A DNA stretch of 45,030 nucleotides from an uncultured archaeon (GTDB lineage: Archaea; Altiarchaeota; Altiarchaeia; IMC4; SCGC-AAA252-I15), in NCBI GenBank assembly GCA_902384455.1, contig CABMCB010000100.1, forward strand, positions 1-45,030, given 5' to 3'. Of the stretch, positions 17,612 through 26,516 are shown piece after piece (position 1 is the stretch's first letter; each line of letters begins with the position of its first letter). Below the pieces are notes generated by a model. The model made no database searches. It saw nothing but the letters and a program-made list of their open reading frames with translations, and was not told the DNA's origin. Both the position numbers and the translations under genes were made by a program.

Positions 17612-18376
17612 TCATGCAACCTCTGGACTGAAGTAGAGTGTATAGAGTTCGCGTGCAGTAGCGTCATATTCAGGGTCTTCTGCCATCTCTTCAATCATTT
17701 GGTCAATGTCTGATAGGTCTCGCGCAAGTGCTAGGCGGTCACGAATCAATTGACCCATACCAACGCCATGATGTTTATCAAACTTAGGTGTAGCCGTTGG
17801 TTCAGGTAATGGTCGGTCTTCTAACATTGCTACACGACGACTGTAGAAGTCAACTTGTATCTTGGCAAAGGCTTGGTCGGCAGCATCTTTGACCTTAGGA
17901 TAGTCTTCGGCACGGTCAGCAATGCCGCCCATAATGTGCATTCGCAACCCTGCAGGGATTGCATAAGCGCCGACCTCTTCACCTAGTCGTTTGAGTGAAC
18001 GTTCAGATATGGGCGGTTGTTCAATAATTGCACGTTGCCGCCGTGTTTCCCAACCTTTCTTAGCGGCCTGTGACCGTTTTTGACGTCGCGTCTTTGCTGA
18101 AACAGGTTTTGGAGCCTTTAGCGGCTTTATTCCACGGAATACCGGAGTAGCTTTAGCGGCTGCCTTTTTACGCTTAGCACGTTCAATGTCCGCCTTAGCG
18201 ACAGAAACTCGCTTACCGGTACGCTTGTCAATGGCATAGCGTCGGTCTAGCGAGTCTTTTCGGATAGTGTATCGTGTCGGAGAAGGCTTCTTCTTAGCCT
18301 TCACAGGCGCTGTCCGCGAGGTTTTTGGCTTCTTGCCCCCCTTGACAGTGCGCGACTTTTTTGCTATCCTACTCAT
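17612..18376 (-). CDS. Highly basic DNA-binding protein, candidate terminal protein
   Basis: K/R-rich N-terminal half, acidic C-terminus, in the polB operon; function inferred from position and size only. Confidence 0.5.
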   Translation of the reverse strand: MSRIAKKSRTVKGGKKPKTSRTAPVKAKKKPSPTRYTIRKDSLDRRYAIDKRTGKRVSVAKADIERAKRKKAAAKATPVFRGIKPLKAPKPVSAKTRRQKRSQAAKKGWETRRQRAIIEQPPISERSLKRLGEEVGAYAIPAGLRMHIMGGIADRAEDYPKVKDAADQAFAKIQVDFYSRRVAMLEDRPLPEPTATPKFDKHHGVGMGQLIRDRLALARDLSDIDQMIEEMAEDPEYDATARELYTLYFSPEVA

Positions 18377-18431
18377 AACATTGTGAGTGATGTGGCGTAT
18401 TGGGTGAGCCTGCCATTCTCCTCAGACGTCG

Positions 18432-18464
18432 AACGGCCCCAAGTGCTTCAACACAAGGGGCCGT
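18432..18464. terminator. Intergenic hairpin
   Basis: ACGGCCCC...GGGGCCGT just after the stop of 18478-19080. Confidence 0.45.
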
Positions 18465-18477
18465 CCCTTTTTCGGGT

Positions 18478-19080
18478 CTACTCTTTCAGCTCAATGACAG
18501 GCTTGTCACTGACCCTCGCCTTGACCTCCCACATGTCACCGTTCTTCACAGTGACCTTGTTACCGGTCCAGTGTAGGATGATAAAGTGCCCCTTCTTTCC
18601 CTTGAGCGCATTGATTGCGCCCGACCCTGAAATGCCAATGCGGTTGCCAATCTCCACATCTTTGACGAAGTCTTTATTCTGTTCGTCACGTCCCGTATAT
18701 TTGGTTCCGGGAACAATACCTGTGGCTTCACAGGCAAACCAAAGACGTTCTTTTCCGCGATTGTCTTTCCACGGAATAATGTCGTGGAGAATGCCAACGA
18801 ACGTCGCAGTCATTGGAAACACTTCGCCAGTCTTCTTGTTGAGCCGAGGAACCATAAGGAACCCTTCGGGCCGTACGAAGTCTGGTGCAAGGTCAACCAG
18901 TTTGACGTTCTTTGGAACCATCCTCATGAGTTCTGCCATGAGGGCGGCATCGTCATCTTCACCTTCCCACTCGTCTGTCGCTTCTAGAGTGGGATTCTCT
19001 TGTGCGTTATCATCATCCGCATGAAAAGCAGCAGTTTCGGCGGCATTGGGGTCGTTGTCTTTATTCTTCTTTCCAGACAT
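18478..19080 (-). CDS. Beta-rich protein, candidate ssDNA-binding protein
   Basis: First gene of the replication operon; acidic N-terminus then beta-strand-like segments rich in aromatic and basic residues; GGATACCA-ATG start. Confidence 0.45.
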   Translation of the reverse strand: MSGKKNKDNDPNAAETAAFHADDDNAQENPTLEATDEWEGEDDDAALMAELMRMVPKNVKLVDLAPDFVRPEGFLMVPRLNKKTGEVFPMTATFVGILHDIIPWKDNRGKERLWFACEATGIVPGTKYTGRDEQNKDFVKDVEIGNRIGISGSGAINALKGKKGHFIILHWTGNKVTVKNGDMWEVKARVSDKPVIELKE

Positions 19081-19159
19081 TGGTATCCATTCTTTCTTTT
19101 TGCGGTTCATTCCGCGGAATGTGCACGGGGAGATAATCCTCCCCATTGTGCAGATTCCA

Positions 19160-19188
19160 ATCATAACATAATATTCTCAGGCTGTCAA
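19160..19188 (-). promoter_or_regulatory. Sigma70-type promoter of the leftward replication operon
   Basis: TTGACA-17 bp-TATGAT with extended TG; box P at 19108-19121 lies in the leader. Confidence 0.75.
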
Positions 19189-19219
19189 TCCCCCTAAACA
19201 ACGATAAGGATACGTTTTA

Positions 19220-19450
19220 ATGAGACGAACAGAGATGCAGTTCCGCACACGGTCAAAGTTGATAAAGACTCGGGAAGGGCATGCATTGACTTTCGGTTTT
19301 AGGCTGGGGCCACTCGCAGTATTCATCATTGCTAATATGCCAGAGAAAGACGGTAACCAAGATGGCCCATTGGTTTACGTCAAGATGGACTTACGCGTGA
19401 ACGATGACTGGCAGTATTCCACGGAATCATCGCCAGGTAATCACGAATGA
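19220..19450 (+). CDS. Hypothetical protein
   Basis: AAGGATAC RBS; ATGA-coupled to the RadA-like gene. Confidence 0.65.
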   Translation: MRRTEMQFRTRSKLIKTREGHALTFGFRLGPLAVFIIANMPEKDGNQDGPLVYVKMDLRVNDDWQYSTESSPGNHE

Positions 19451-20388
19451 ACTGTATACACTGTGGGAAACCGTTACTCGACGGTAAGTACCGGTGTGTG
19501 AATCCAAAATGTAGAATGTGGAACATCGCATCCACTGTGAGTATGGATGACAGCATTGTTCCACTAGGCGGCAAGGATACTAAGCCCGTCGAACGTGTAA
19601 AGATAGGCATTGCTGATAAATGCTTCGGCGGCGCTATGGAAAAAGGCGCCGTCATTGGCAAAGGCATCGCCAAACTAGCCGTCGTTCTTATGGGTGGAGA
19701 TCCCGGGGCTGGAAAAACCACATTGTGCCTGCAGATATCCAACGAGTTCGCTCGTACGTTCAAACGTAAGGTGTTGTACATCGCTAATGAACAACATTAT
19801 ACAGAATTGAACGATACCGCAATGCGGCTTGACTTGGCCGATAAAGAGCTTATCTATATCGTCAAGGCAATGGGTGGCGTGCAACATGACATCGGCGCTA
19901 TGTTGCTCCAATATAAACCGTGCCTAACCATACTTGACTCAGTAACTAAATGGTCAGGCGAGGATGTCAATGAAGCTGTCACTATATGCCAACGATTGAA
20001 GGATTACACAGTTCGTTTGAACTCCCCAACCATTGTAATCAATCAAGTTACTAAGAGTGGAGACCATTCAGGCCTGAATAAGATGCAACATGCCGTCGAT
20101 GCTACCATGTTGTTTGAAATTCTTGGCGAAAACCCTCAAGACCCGCGTCGTTTGCATGTTAGAAAGAACCGACACGGCCTTGCACCCATCTCAGAGTATT
20201 TTGAGATGACAGAACTAGGTGTTTTTGAGATATCTGAAGACGATGCAATGGTTAGGTTGTCAGGACCGCCTAAACCGCTGCCTTCCCTAAAAGCTGATAA
20301 AGAAAAGGGTGAAGACGAGTCGGAAAGTGACGAAGAAGAGGGTTCTGACGAAGACGAAGAAGATGACGAAAGTGAGTCTCAGGACTAG
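19447..20388 (+). CDS. RadA/Sms-like RecA-fold ATPase lacking the C-terminal Lon-like domain
   Basis: N-terminal C4 Zn finger, Walker A GGDPGAGKTT, LYIANE, Walker B ILDS, QVTKSG...HAVDA, KNRHG (KNRFG-like), acidic tail. Confidence 0.88.
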   Translation: MNCIHCGKPLLDGKYRCVNPKCRMWNIASTVSMDDSIVPLGGKDTKPVERVKIGIADKCFGGAMEKGAVIGKGIAKLAVVLMGGDPGAGKTTLCLQISNEFARTFKRKVLYIANEQHYTELNDTAMRLDLADKELIYIVKAMGGVQHDIGAMLLQYKPCLTILDSVTKWSGEDVNEAVTICQRLKDYTVRLNSPTIVINQVTKSGDHSGLNKMQHAVDATMLFEILGENPQDPRRLHVRKNRHGLAPISEYFEMTELGVFEISEDDAMVRLSGPPKPLPSLKADKEKGEDESESDEEEGSDEDEEDDESESQD

Positions 20389-20407
20389 TATTCTATGGAA
20401 TAATGCA

Positions 20408-20436
20408 TTGACATACGCGCGCGCGTGTGCTATGCT
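20408..20436 (+). promoter_or_regulatory. Sigma70-type promoter of the structural operon
   Basis: TTGACA (20408)-17 bp containing (CG)5-TATGCT (20431), extended TG; box P at 20389-20402 nearly abuts the -35. Confidence 0.78.
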
Positions 20437-20445
20437 TGAGGTTAC

Positions 20446-20958
20446 ATGAGTGGACTAGTACCTTGGGCTAGGGGACGTAGTGTGTATGCACAACCATCTC
20501 CCTCAATGCTAACACCCTATAGACCTGAGCCAGCACCCCTCGCTCCGACCGTCCCATCAAATTCCCTCCGAGATTGGTGGCGAGAATTGCGCGGGGAGCT
20601 TGCACAAGAAGCTCCTGGCCCAATGGAGTCTGCCGTGATAGGTCTGCGGCAAAACGCTGAGGGCGCTGCAATCGGTGCGTTACTCGCATTGATTGATACT
20701 GACCTCGGCGGGTTAGACCTAGGCGGCCGTATCCCCCTTGATTGGGCGGGTGCGGCCCTTTTTTATGCCCTAAGCATCAATGATTCGAATAAACCCGATA
20801 GTTTATCTCTAGATTATCGTGCAATGGGGCAGTCTTGCACCACAGTCGCAATGTTTCGTATGGTGCATAAGTGGAGAGACGCAAAGAAGGGTATTCCACG
20901 GAATAACCTTCAATTGACTGGAGACCCCGTCCTTGCGGCCGGGAAGTCTGCATTCTGA
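20446..20958 (+). CDS. Putative membrane-associated virion protein
   Basis: Hydrophobic segments GAAIGALLALI and WAGAALFYAL. Confidence 0.6.
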   Translation: MSGLVPWARGRSVYAQPSPSMLTPYRPEPAPLAPTVPSNSLRDWWRELRGELAQEAPGPMESAVIGLRQNAEGAAIGALLALIDTDLGGLDLGGRIPLDWAGAALFYALSINDSNKPDSLSLDYRAMGQSCTTVAMFRMVHKWRDAKKGIPRNNLQLTGDPVLAAGKSAF

Positions 20959-20971
20959 AAGGAAAAAGACA

Positions 20972-21451
20972 ATGGCATCAATGACGGAATACTATGGTAG
21001 AATGAAAGGTGGCCTCAGCTCGATTGACCCGAAGGATATGGCTCAATTGAGTGAAGATTGGTTGGTTGTTGCCGGTACTGGCGCTGCCATTGGCCTGATA
21101 TCAGGGGCTATCGGCGGGCTAGACAAGAAGGTTGCCGGGTTCAACGTTCCCATTGACGGACTGTTGTCAATTGGCCTTGGCGTTGCAGGTCTCCAGATGA
21201 AAGGTGATACTGGCAAGATTCTCAAGATTGCCAGCGTTGCAGCGGGCGGCTCTGCTGCCGTGCGAACCTTTGAACGATTCTTCAAGGGCGCGTTCCACGT
21301 CAAGGGCGAATTGGAAGACCTTGGCTCGGGCATGATGGGAATCTCGGGTCATCGATTCCACGGTCAGAATCAATTGCCAGGCTATGGCTATGGCGTTGGC
21401 TTTGGCGTAGGCGCGCAAGACAGACTCGTAGAGGCCGCTAAGTATCTCTAG
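20972..21451 (+). CDS. Gly-rich membrane protein with GYGYGVGFG motif
   Basis: AAAGGA RBS; two or three hydrophobic Gly-rich helices. Confidence 0.65.
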   Translation: MASMTEYYGRMKGGLSSIDPKDMAQLSEDWLVVAGTGAAIGLISGAIGGLDKKVAGFNVPIDGLLSIGLGVAGLQMKGDTGKILKIASVAAGGSAAVRTFERFFKGAFHVKGELEDLGSGMMGISGHRFHGQNQLPGYGYGVGFGVGAQDRLVEAAKYL

Positions 21452-21664
21452 TCGTGCATTGGCGACTTATCTACTGTCTGTTTAGTCGCCATTACCGTGT
21501 TCTAGATGAGAACGGTTGGCCGCGGTGTGCGTTTTGCCACACTGCTCTTTCGCTATTTAGTAGCGGCCCAAGCCTGAACCCAGGTCACGCTGGGGCGGGC
21601 CTTTCGGGTGTCAAGACATTCCGTGGAATAATTCCTCGGAGCGTTCAGAAAGAATGGTGGAACT

Positions 21665-22525
21665 ATGACAATGTCAAGAGAACTGCTCATGCGCGAACCA
21701 GCGTTGGCTATGCTCATGGGTGCATTACCCCAAGGTGACCACTTTGGTCATGAACAGCCGAATCGAGTTGGGTTTGGAGACGACTATGGTTACGGTTTTG
21801 GCCTTCAGTCGGCTTTTGACCCATCAATGAATGTCGGGATGCCCGGTATGGGCTACGGCTATGGGTTTGGTTGGATACCGCAAGATGCCATGGGATACGG
21901 TTATGGTTTTGGAGCTCCTCCGGCCGGTCCGGCAGCGCCACCTCCACATCCGGCATTGATGCATCGACAAGCGATGATGCATCAACAGGCAATGGGTCAC
22001 GCTGCTATACATCCTTCACACCCTGCACATCCTCAACATGCCATTCACGCCGCGGCACGTTGGGAGATGCAGAACCCAACGAGCACAATGGCTCGTTCAG
22101 CATTGTTGGACCCCAACCGTGATTCGACGGTGAAGGTGGAGCGTTACAGCTTCTCTTTCTCTCCTCCGACGAATCTCGTACTTGGTACGGCCAGCAACAT
22201 CCCAACGTTCACGCAACAGCCCTCGACGACCATCAAGGGGCAACGTGTTGTGATGAATGCCCCCGTTCCAGGGTTCATCCTCATCTCTACGTTGCAGATT
22301 GCAAACGTCAATGTGCTTGTCGGTGGTACGGAAGACGCCTTCACGTACAGTGCCGGGGCGCAGGGCGTTATGTTGGACCTGCCCCGTCTCGACCCGCAAA
22401 ACCGCGCAACGTCAGCCGGTGCGTACACGGGCGTGTTGCCTCCCGGTTACACGTCAGGTGCTAGTTATCAGTTCATCGTTACCCTTCAAGGTCCGGCGAC
22501 ACTTGCCGGTGGTTACGGTCAGTAG
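21665..22525 (+). CDS. Candidate major capsid protein (low-complexity N-terminus plus ~125-aa beta-rich, jelly-roll-like domain)
   Basis: G/Y/H/P/A-rich N-terminal half; C-terminal domain of about eight short beta-strand-like segments; early in the structural operon next to a protease-like gene. Fold is inferred. Confidence 0.5.
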   Translation: MTMSRELLMREPALAMLMGALPQGDHFGHEQPNRVGFGDDYGYGFGLQSAFDPSMNVGMPGMGYGYGFGWIPQDAMGYGYGFGAPPAGPAAPPPHPALMHRQAMMHQQAMGHAAIHPSHPAHPQHAIHAAARWEMQNPTSTMARSALLDPNRDSTVKVERYSFSFSPPTNLVLGTASNIPTFTQQPSTTIKGQRVVMNAPVPGFILISTLQIANVNVLVGGTEDAFTYSAGAQGVMLDLPRLDPQNRATSAGAYTGVLPPGYTSGASYQFIVTLQGPATLAGGYGQ

Positions 22526-22550
22526 GCCACACTTGAAGGACTAACGGCCA

Positions 22551-23102
22551 ATGAATATTGCTTTTGCTCTTCCGCCGCTCCTCGTGGACCCAGGTTCAAG
22601 TGAGGGGCAACGTGCGCGAGAGTGCATTAGAAAGTGTGCATTGGAAGTAGGTCGTGCAAAGATGCGCCCGCAAGGCGTAGTGTTTGGTATTGATGACGCG
22701 TTCCACCCGCGAGCATCGAAGACAGCCAACGCTATTGCCCTACGGGCGCTTCTCGACTGTTTGATTAACTTAGACGTTATTATCTTACGAGCTTATCCGA
22801 ACACGCCTAAGCTTTATGAATCGGGTGTATTCTACAAGTTGATGCCCTCTGAGGCTCCTTGGGATACTACTCCGATAATGTTTCGAAGGGGTTTTACTGA
22901 CTGCAAAAGTCTTGTTGCCGCTCGTATCGCTGAATTGATTATTGCTGGCAAAGTGGCGATGCCTGTGTTTCGCAACATCAAAGATGGTTGGGGGACCATG
23001 TTTCATATTCTCATATTGCACGGTAACGGGCAATGGGAATGTCCTAGTAGCATTCTTGGTATGCATGCCGCCCAAGAAGTGCCGTATTATTCCATGGCAT
23101 AA
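22551..23102 (+). CDS. Transglutaminase-like cysteine protease
   Basis: TDCKSLVAARIAEL (Cys), FHILI (His), WECPSSILGM (third catalytic position atypical). Confidence 0.62.
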   Translation: MNIAFALPPLLVDPGSSEGQRARECIRKCALEVGRAKMRPQGVVFGIDDAFHPRASKTANAIALRALLDCLINLDVIILRAYPNTPKLYESGVFYKLMPSEAPWDTTPIMFRRGFTDCKSLVAARIAELIIAGKVAMPVFRNIKDGWGTMFHILILHGNGQWECPSSILGMHAAQEVPYYSMA

Positions 23103-23118
23103 TGAAAGGTAGCACACA

Positions 23119-23448
23119 ATGGCCGTAACAGTTATTCAGAATTCATGTGTCGCGGGAGCAATGGGCGGTCTAATGTCAGGCCGTTTCGTCGGTTCGTTCA
23201 CAGCAACTGATTACGCAGCACTTGCTAACGCAGCGCGGGCAATTGCTGACGAATTCATCACTGAAAACACTGCAAGTGGCGCTGCAATTGCCGATGCCGA
23301 CAATGCTAACGTTGGAGCTCTTGTACAATCAGTAGCTCATGCGAGCATTGTCAATTCAGGAGCTACTAGCATAACAGCTACTGACTATCCCTCTTACGGT
23401 AAGCAGATATACGCCGCAAGCAAACAAGCGCTTACCAAGCTCATCTAA
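23119..23448 (+). CDS. Virion protein similar to the N-terminal domain of the two spike proteins
   Basis: VAGAMGGLMSGRFVGSFTATDYAALANAARAIADEF versus FAGAIAGMAVSGWIVDPTSADYSNATLVAGAFAQEF. Confidence 0.65.
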   Translation: MAVTVIQNSCVAGAMGGLMSGRFVGSFTATDYAALANAARAIADEFITENTASGAAIADADNANVGALVQSVAHASIVNSGATSITATDYPSYGKQIYAASKQALTKLI

Positions 23449-23450
23449 CC

Positions 23451-23909
23451 ATGGCGCCATTACTGTGGGCACTTGGTGGGGCTCTTGTGATGCACTTAGT
23501 GAATCGCAAGAGTCAAGTACACCCATCGACCTCCAGTTTATTAGCTAAGCCCCCCGTACCTCCACAAGCCGCACAGATAACGCCTGCTCGTGCGGCTGTT
23601 CATGGCGAGTTGATGTCTAATTGCATTGACCCGCAAAAACTGGTACGGGGTGCTGCGCTATTTGGACATGAGGGGTTAGAACATCATGCTCAGGCACTTC
23701 TACAGAAGGCTCAGATGATTCACGACATGATGCACGGTGCTCAAAGTATCGTGGAACGTTGTCGTGCTGGTGACCAACATGCTATGGCGCTTGCTAAGGG
23801 CATTGGCGAACAAGCACGGGCTGGTAACAAGCGGGCACAAGTTTCGTCACTCTTCATTGAGGAGTATTCGAAAGCTCATCCTGCTGAACCTGCCAAAGTG
23901 GCTGCCTAA
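23451..23909 (+). CDS. Helical protein with N-terminal membrane anchor
   Basis: MAPLLWALGGALVM anchor; carries the shared helical module. Confidence 0.65.
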   Translation: MAPLLWALGGALVMHLVNRKSQVHPSTSSLLAKPPVPPQAAQITPARAAVHGELMSNCIDPQKLVRGAALFGHEGLEHHAQALLQKAQMIHDMMHGAQSIVERCRAGDQHAMALAKGIGEQARAGNKRAQVSSLFIEEYSKAHPAEPAKVAA

Positions 23910-23938
23910 ATGATACAAGATACCAATACGAGGATACC

Positions 23939-24964
23939 ATGGCAAAAACGATATTCTGTGGAATACTTTCAGCTTTCTTAGTTTTAGCTTCATGCTCACC
24001 TACTTACAATACGACGAACGAGTTTATCACTGAATCAGACGCTGGTGACGGAGATACAATGTCCAATCTAACACGTTCGTTCTTATCAGTTATGACGACT
24101 AGCCAAAACAGACTTGGTTCGTTTGCTGGCGATAAGGTACCAAGTTTACAGATAGATGACTTGGTACCTGGTGAATACACGCTTGAGTTTCAGGTTGTTG
24201 AACCGCCTGTAGACCCTGAAGACTTTGCACTCTATGCATATATCTCGTGGAAAGTTGACGGCCAACAGATAGAACGTATCATCAATGTGTTTTCAGGGGC
24301 GGTCATTAGTGGAGTTGCGGGGGCCGTTGATGTAAAGTTACAGGACCAATCAGGTCGTGGCACTGTAACCAACTTCCTACCAAACGCAAGTGTAGTGCAT
24401 GGTAGTGCAATCATAACCTTTGCTGCACCTGTTACATTATCACAGGGTCAGATTATTATCTTTCCACCCTCGCTGTCTACTCCTTTTCAACAGACCTACA
24501 CAGTTGCATTAGGTGTTACTAACAGCGTGACCGTACAGATAACACAAGCTTATGCTGGCGGCACAAGCGGCCTTGTCAATTCTTTTTCAATTGCTACTTA
24601 CAAGGTTGCGGCCGCCCTTTCTAAGGGCACTCGCCCAACTATTATGCAGCCTCCAACGCTGCTAACTCAAACTATCGCTCTCATTTTGGTTGCTGGTGCA
24701 CCCCAATCTATTCCAATTCCTCAAGATGCAGGGGTTATATCGGTACTAGTTACAGTCATAGCTGGCGCTGGACCTCAAACCGAATCACTTAATGGTTGGG
24801 TTGACTTCCTAGATAAAGCGGGAAGTTTAGTGCTTGGTAACTTCGTGCCTAATTACTTTTCTGGTTGGTTTCCTGTGCCCGTTGGTGCTTTCACAATGAG
24901 GCTCCACAATGAAAGTACGACGGCTACATTGAGTTACGGGATTCAATGGGGCATTGAAGGATAA
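23939..24964 (+). CDS. Beta-rich structural protein (vertex/penton-like candidate)
   Basis: V/T/G/S-rich beta character; lipoprotein-like leader (VLASC) and a possible second start at 24059. Confidence 0.5.
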   Translation: MAKTIFCGILSAFLVLASCSPTYNTTNEFITESDAGDGDTMSNLTRSFLSVMTTSQNRLGSFAGDKVPSLQIDDLVPGEYTLEFQVVEPPVDPEDFALYAYISWKVDGQQIERIINVFSGAVISGVAGAVDVKLQDQSGRGTVTNFLPNASVVHGSAIITFAAPVTLSQGQIIIFPPSLSTPFQQTYTVALGVTNSVTVQITQAYAGGTSGLVNSFSIATYKVAAALSKGTRPTIMQPPTLLTQTIALILVAGAPQSIPIPQDAGVISVLVTVIAGAGPQTESLNGWVDFLDKAGSLVLGNFVPNYFSGWFPVPVGAFTMRLHNESTTATLSYGIQWGIEG

Positions 24965-24971
24965 AGATACC

Positions 24972-25505
24972 ATGACATCTGTTGCACAAGCTAAGTCTGA
25001 GACCATTGAGTTCCCTTGTGAAGAGTGGATTGCTACACGAACTCCACAAGGTGAGCTCATAGGAATCAATCCAGTACCAGGCAGCTGGACAATGATTAGC
25101 GGTGAGGACCGCCGACGGTTTGCTGAACGACAGATGAACGTCAAAGCCTTCTTTGCCTGCCCACGGTGCAATCAAGTAGGATTCATTCCTGAAGGTTTCA
25201 AGCCTCCTGTTACGTTAGGTGACACACGTCCGCTCGGTGAATTACATTGTCGTAAGTGTGGGTTTTACTGCAATGTCATTCTCAAAGATTGGGACAAGCG
25301 AATACTTTACTGTGCATGTTATGAAACGCGACAGGGGGACAGTCTAGAGCCGCATAAAGAATACCTTCACGCAGAAAACGAGCTAGAAGCTAAGGGATTT
25401 TTTTGGTCACAACACGGCCGTGAGGTCACGAATCTTGTTGGAATAGCTCCTGCCATTGGCTTCTTCATGGAAAAACCGGGGGATGATAGGATTCTACTCG
25501 TATGA
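24972..25505 (+). CDS. Hypothetical Zn-ribbon protein
   Basis: CPRC...CRKC. Confidence 0.65.
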   Translation: MTSVAQAKSETIEFPCEEWIATRTPQGELIGINPVPGSWTMISGEDRRRFAERQMNVKAFFACPRCNQVGFIPEGFKPPVTLGDTRPLGELHCRKCGFYCNVILKDWDKRILYCACYETRQGDSLEPHKEYLHAENELEAKGFFWSQHGREVTNLVGIAPAIGFFMEKPGDDRILLV

Positions 25506-25678
25506 TAGTCAAACGAAGAAGGCGACGGCGAAAACCATACGCGACTAAAGGAAAGTCTTTAGTTGCTGGATTGATTCGTACCCTTGAGCAACAAGACCTG
25601 AATCAACAAGTAGAAAAGGTCGCAGACCATTTTGGGATGAGTAAGAGTGAAGTGCTCACTCAGATACTAGGACGATAA
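25502..25678 (+). CDS. 58-aa basic protein, possible RHH/HTH DNA binder (not in ORF track)
   Basis: MIVKRRRRRRKP...VEKVADHFGMSKSEVLTQILGR; ATGA overlap upstream and abuts the next ATG. Confidence 0.6.
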   Translation: MIVKRRRRRRKPYATKGKSLVAGLIRTLEQQDLNQQVEKVADHFGMSKSEVLTQILGR

Positions 25679-26197
25679 ATGATAGACCCATTGAGTTTAC
25701 TGATGATTGGTGGCGGTATTCTCGCGTGGCGCGAGATGAATCGCAAAGATTATGGCATTCTCACCCCGTCACGGGATGAACGTTACCGTAATGCCATGGA
25801 ATATTGTCATCAACCTGAACTACTCATGCAAGAAGCAAAGCTTTTTGACGAGTTTGGGTTGAAAGCGCAAGCTGCAATGCTCAAGCGGCGCGCAGAATGG
25901 CGTGGACGTTCTGCTGAAGAGAAGCAAGCTCATGAAGAAGTCTACCAAAAGGCTCTTCATAGCTCAAAGATACCCGCTATCTTAGCGGTTGCAGACGCAT
26001 TCGAAGGGTGGACTGCGACTAAGAAAGCGTCGAACTTACGCGAACACGTTCGTGTTTTGCAAGAAGCATCATTACAAGAAGCGGCCCAGAATGCTGCCGA
26101 AGCTGCCAAAAAGGGCAATGGTGCAGGAAAAGTTCCGGTCGAACCTTTCACTGGAGTTATTGATATACCACCAACAGTAGGAGATGATGATACATGA
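25679..26197 (+). CDS. Membrane-anchored helical protein
   Basis: N-terminal TM segment; two copies of the shared helical module. Confidence 0.7.
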   Translation: MIDPLSLLMIGGGILAWREMNRKDYGILTPSRDERYRNAMEYCHQPELLMQEAKLFDEFGLKAQAAMLKRRAEWRGRSAEEKQAHEEVYQKALHSSKIPAILAVADAFEGWTATKKASNLREHVRVLQEASLQEAAQNAAEAAKKGNGAGKVPVEPFTGVIDIPPTVGDDDT

Positions 26198-26460
26198 CAC
26201 AATCCACACCGACAGCAAGTGAAACGTCTGGACAAGTCGTTCCGACTCAGTTCAAAGCCATACTAGCGCTAACCATTCAAAAAGGGGATGACGCTGGACT
26301 TTTGGCATTCCTTCGCGGTTATGCCCTTGGCGTTAGCGCTGATGAGTTCATTGGTGCAATGAATACGCCGGGACAACGGGTAGAGTTTCTTGCCGCAATA
26401 GCAAAGACTTATCCTGAAGATTGGAAAGCGACGGTCGAAAGACTCGAAAAAGAGGGTTGA
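26194..26460 (+). CDS. Hypothetical protein
   Basis: ATGA-coupled. Confidence 0.6.
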   Translation: MTQSTPTASETSGQVVPTQFKAILALTIQKGDDAGLLAFLRGYALGVSADEFIGAMNTPGQRVEFLAAIAKTYPEDWKATVERLEKEG

Positions 26461-26516
26461 CCGTCGCTCGGGCACTTTATTCCACGGAATAGAGTGCCTC
26501 ATGGGGCAGCCAAACC

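Noticed and set aside
55-19197. Plus-strand ORFs in the left arm (e.g. 3636-4142, 10122-10550, 17043-17492, 18383-19024)
   Set aside because: They are antisense shadows of better-supported minus-strand genes, without RBS or motifs.
19447-20388. Assigning host gene symbols radA, orn, radC or parB
   Set aside because: Domain architectures differ from the cellular genes and orthology cannot be shown here.
21454-21738. 94-aa ORF upstream of the capsid candidate
   Set aside because: GTG start without RBS, overlaps the next gene by 74 nt, and the region is better explained by hairpins; not fully excluded.
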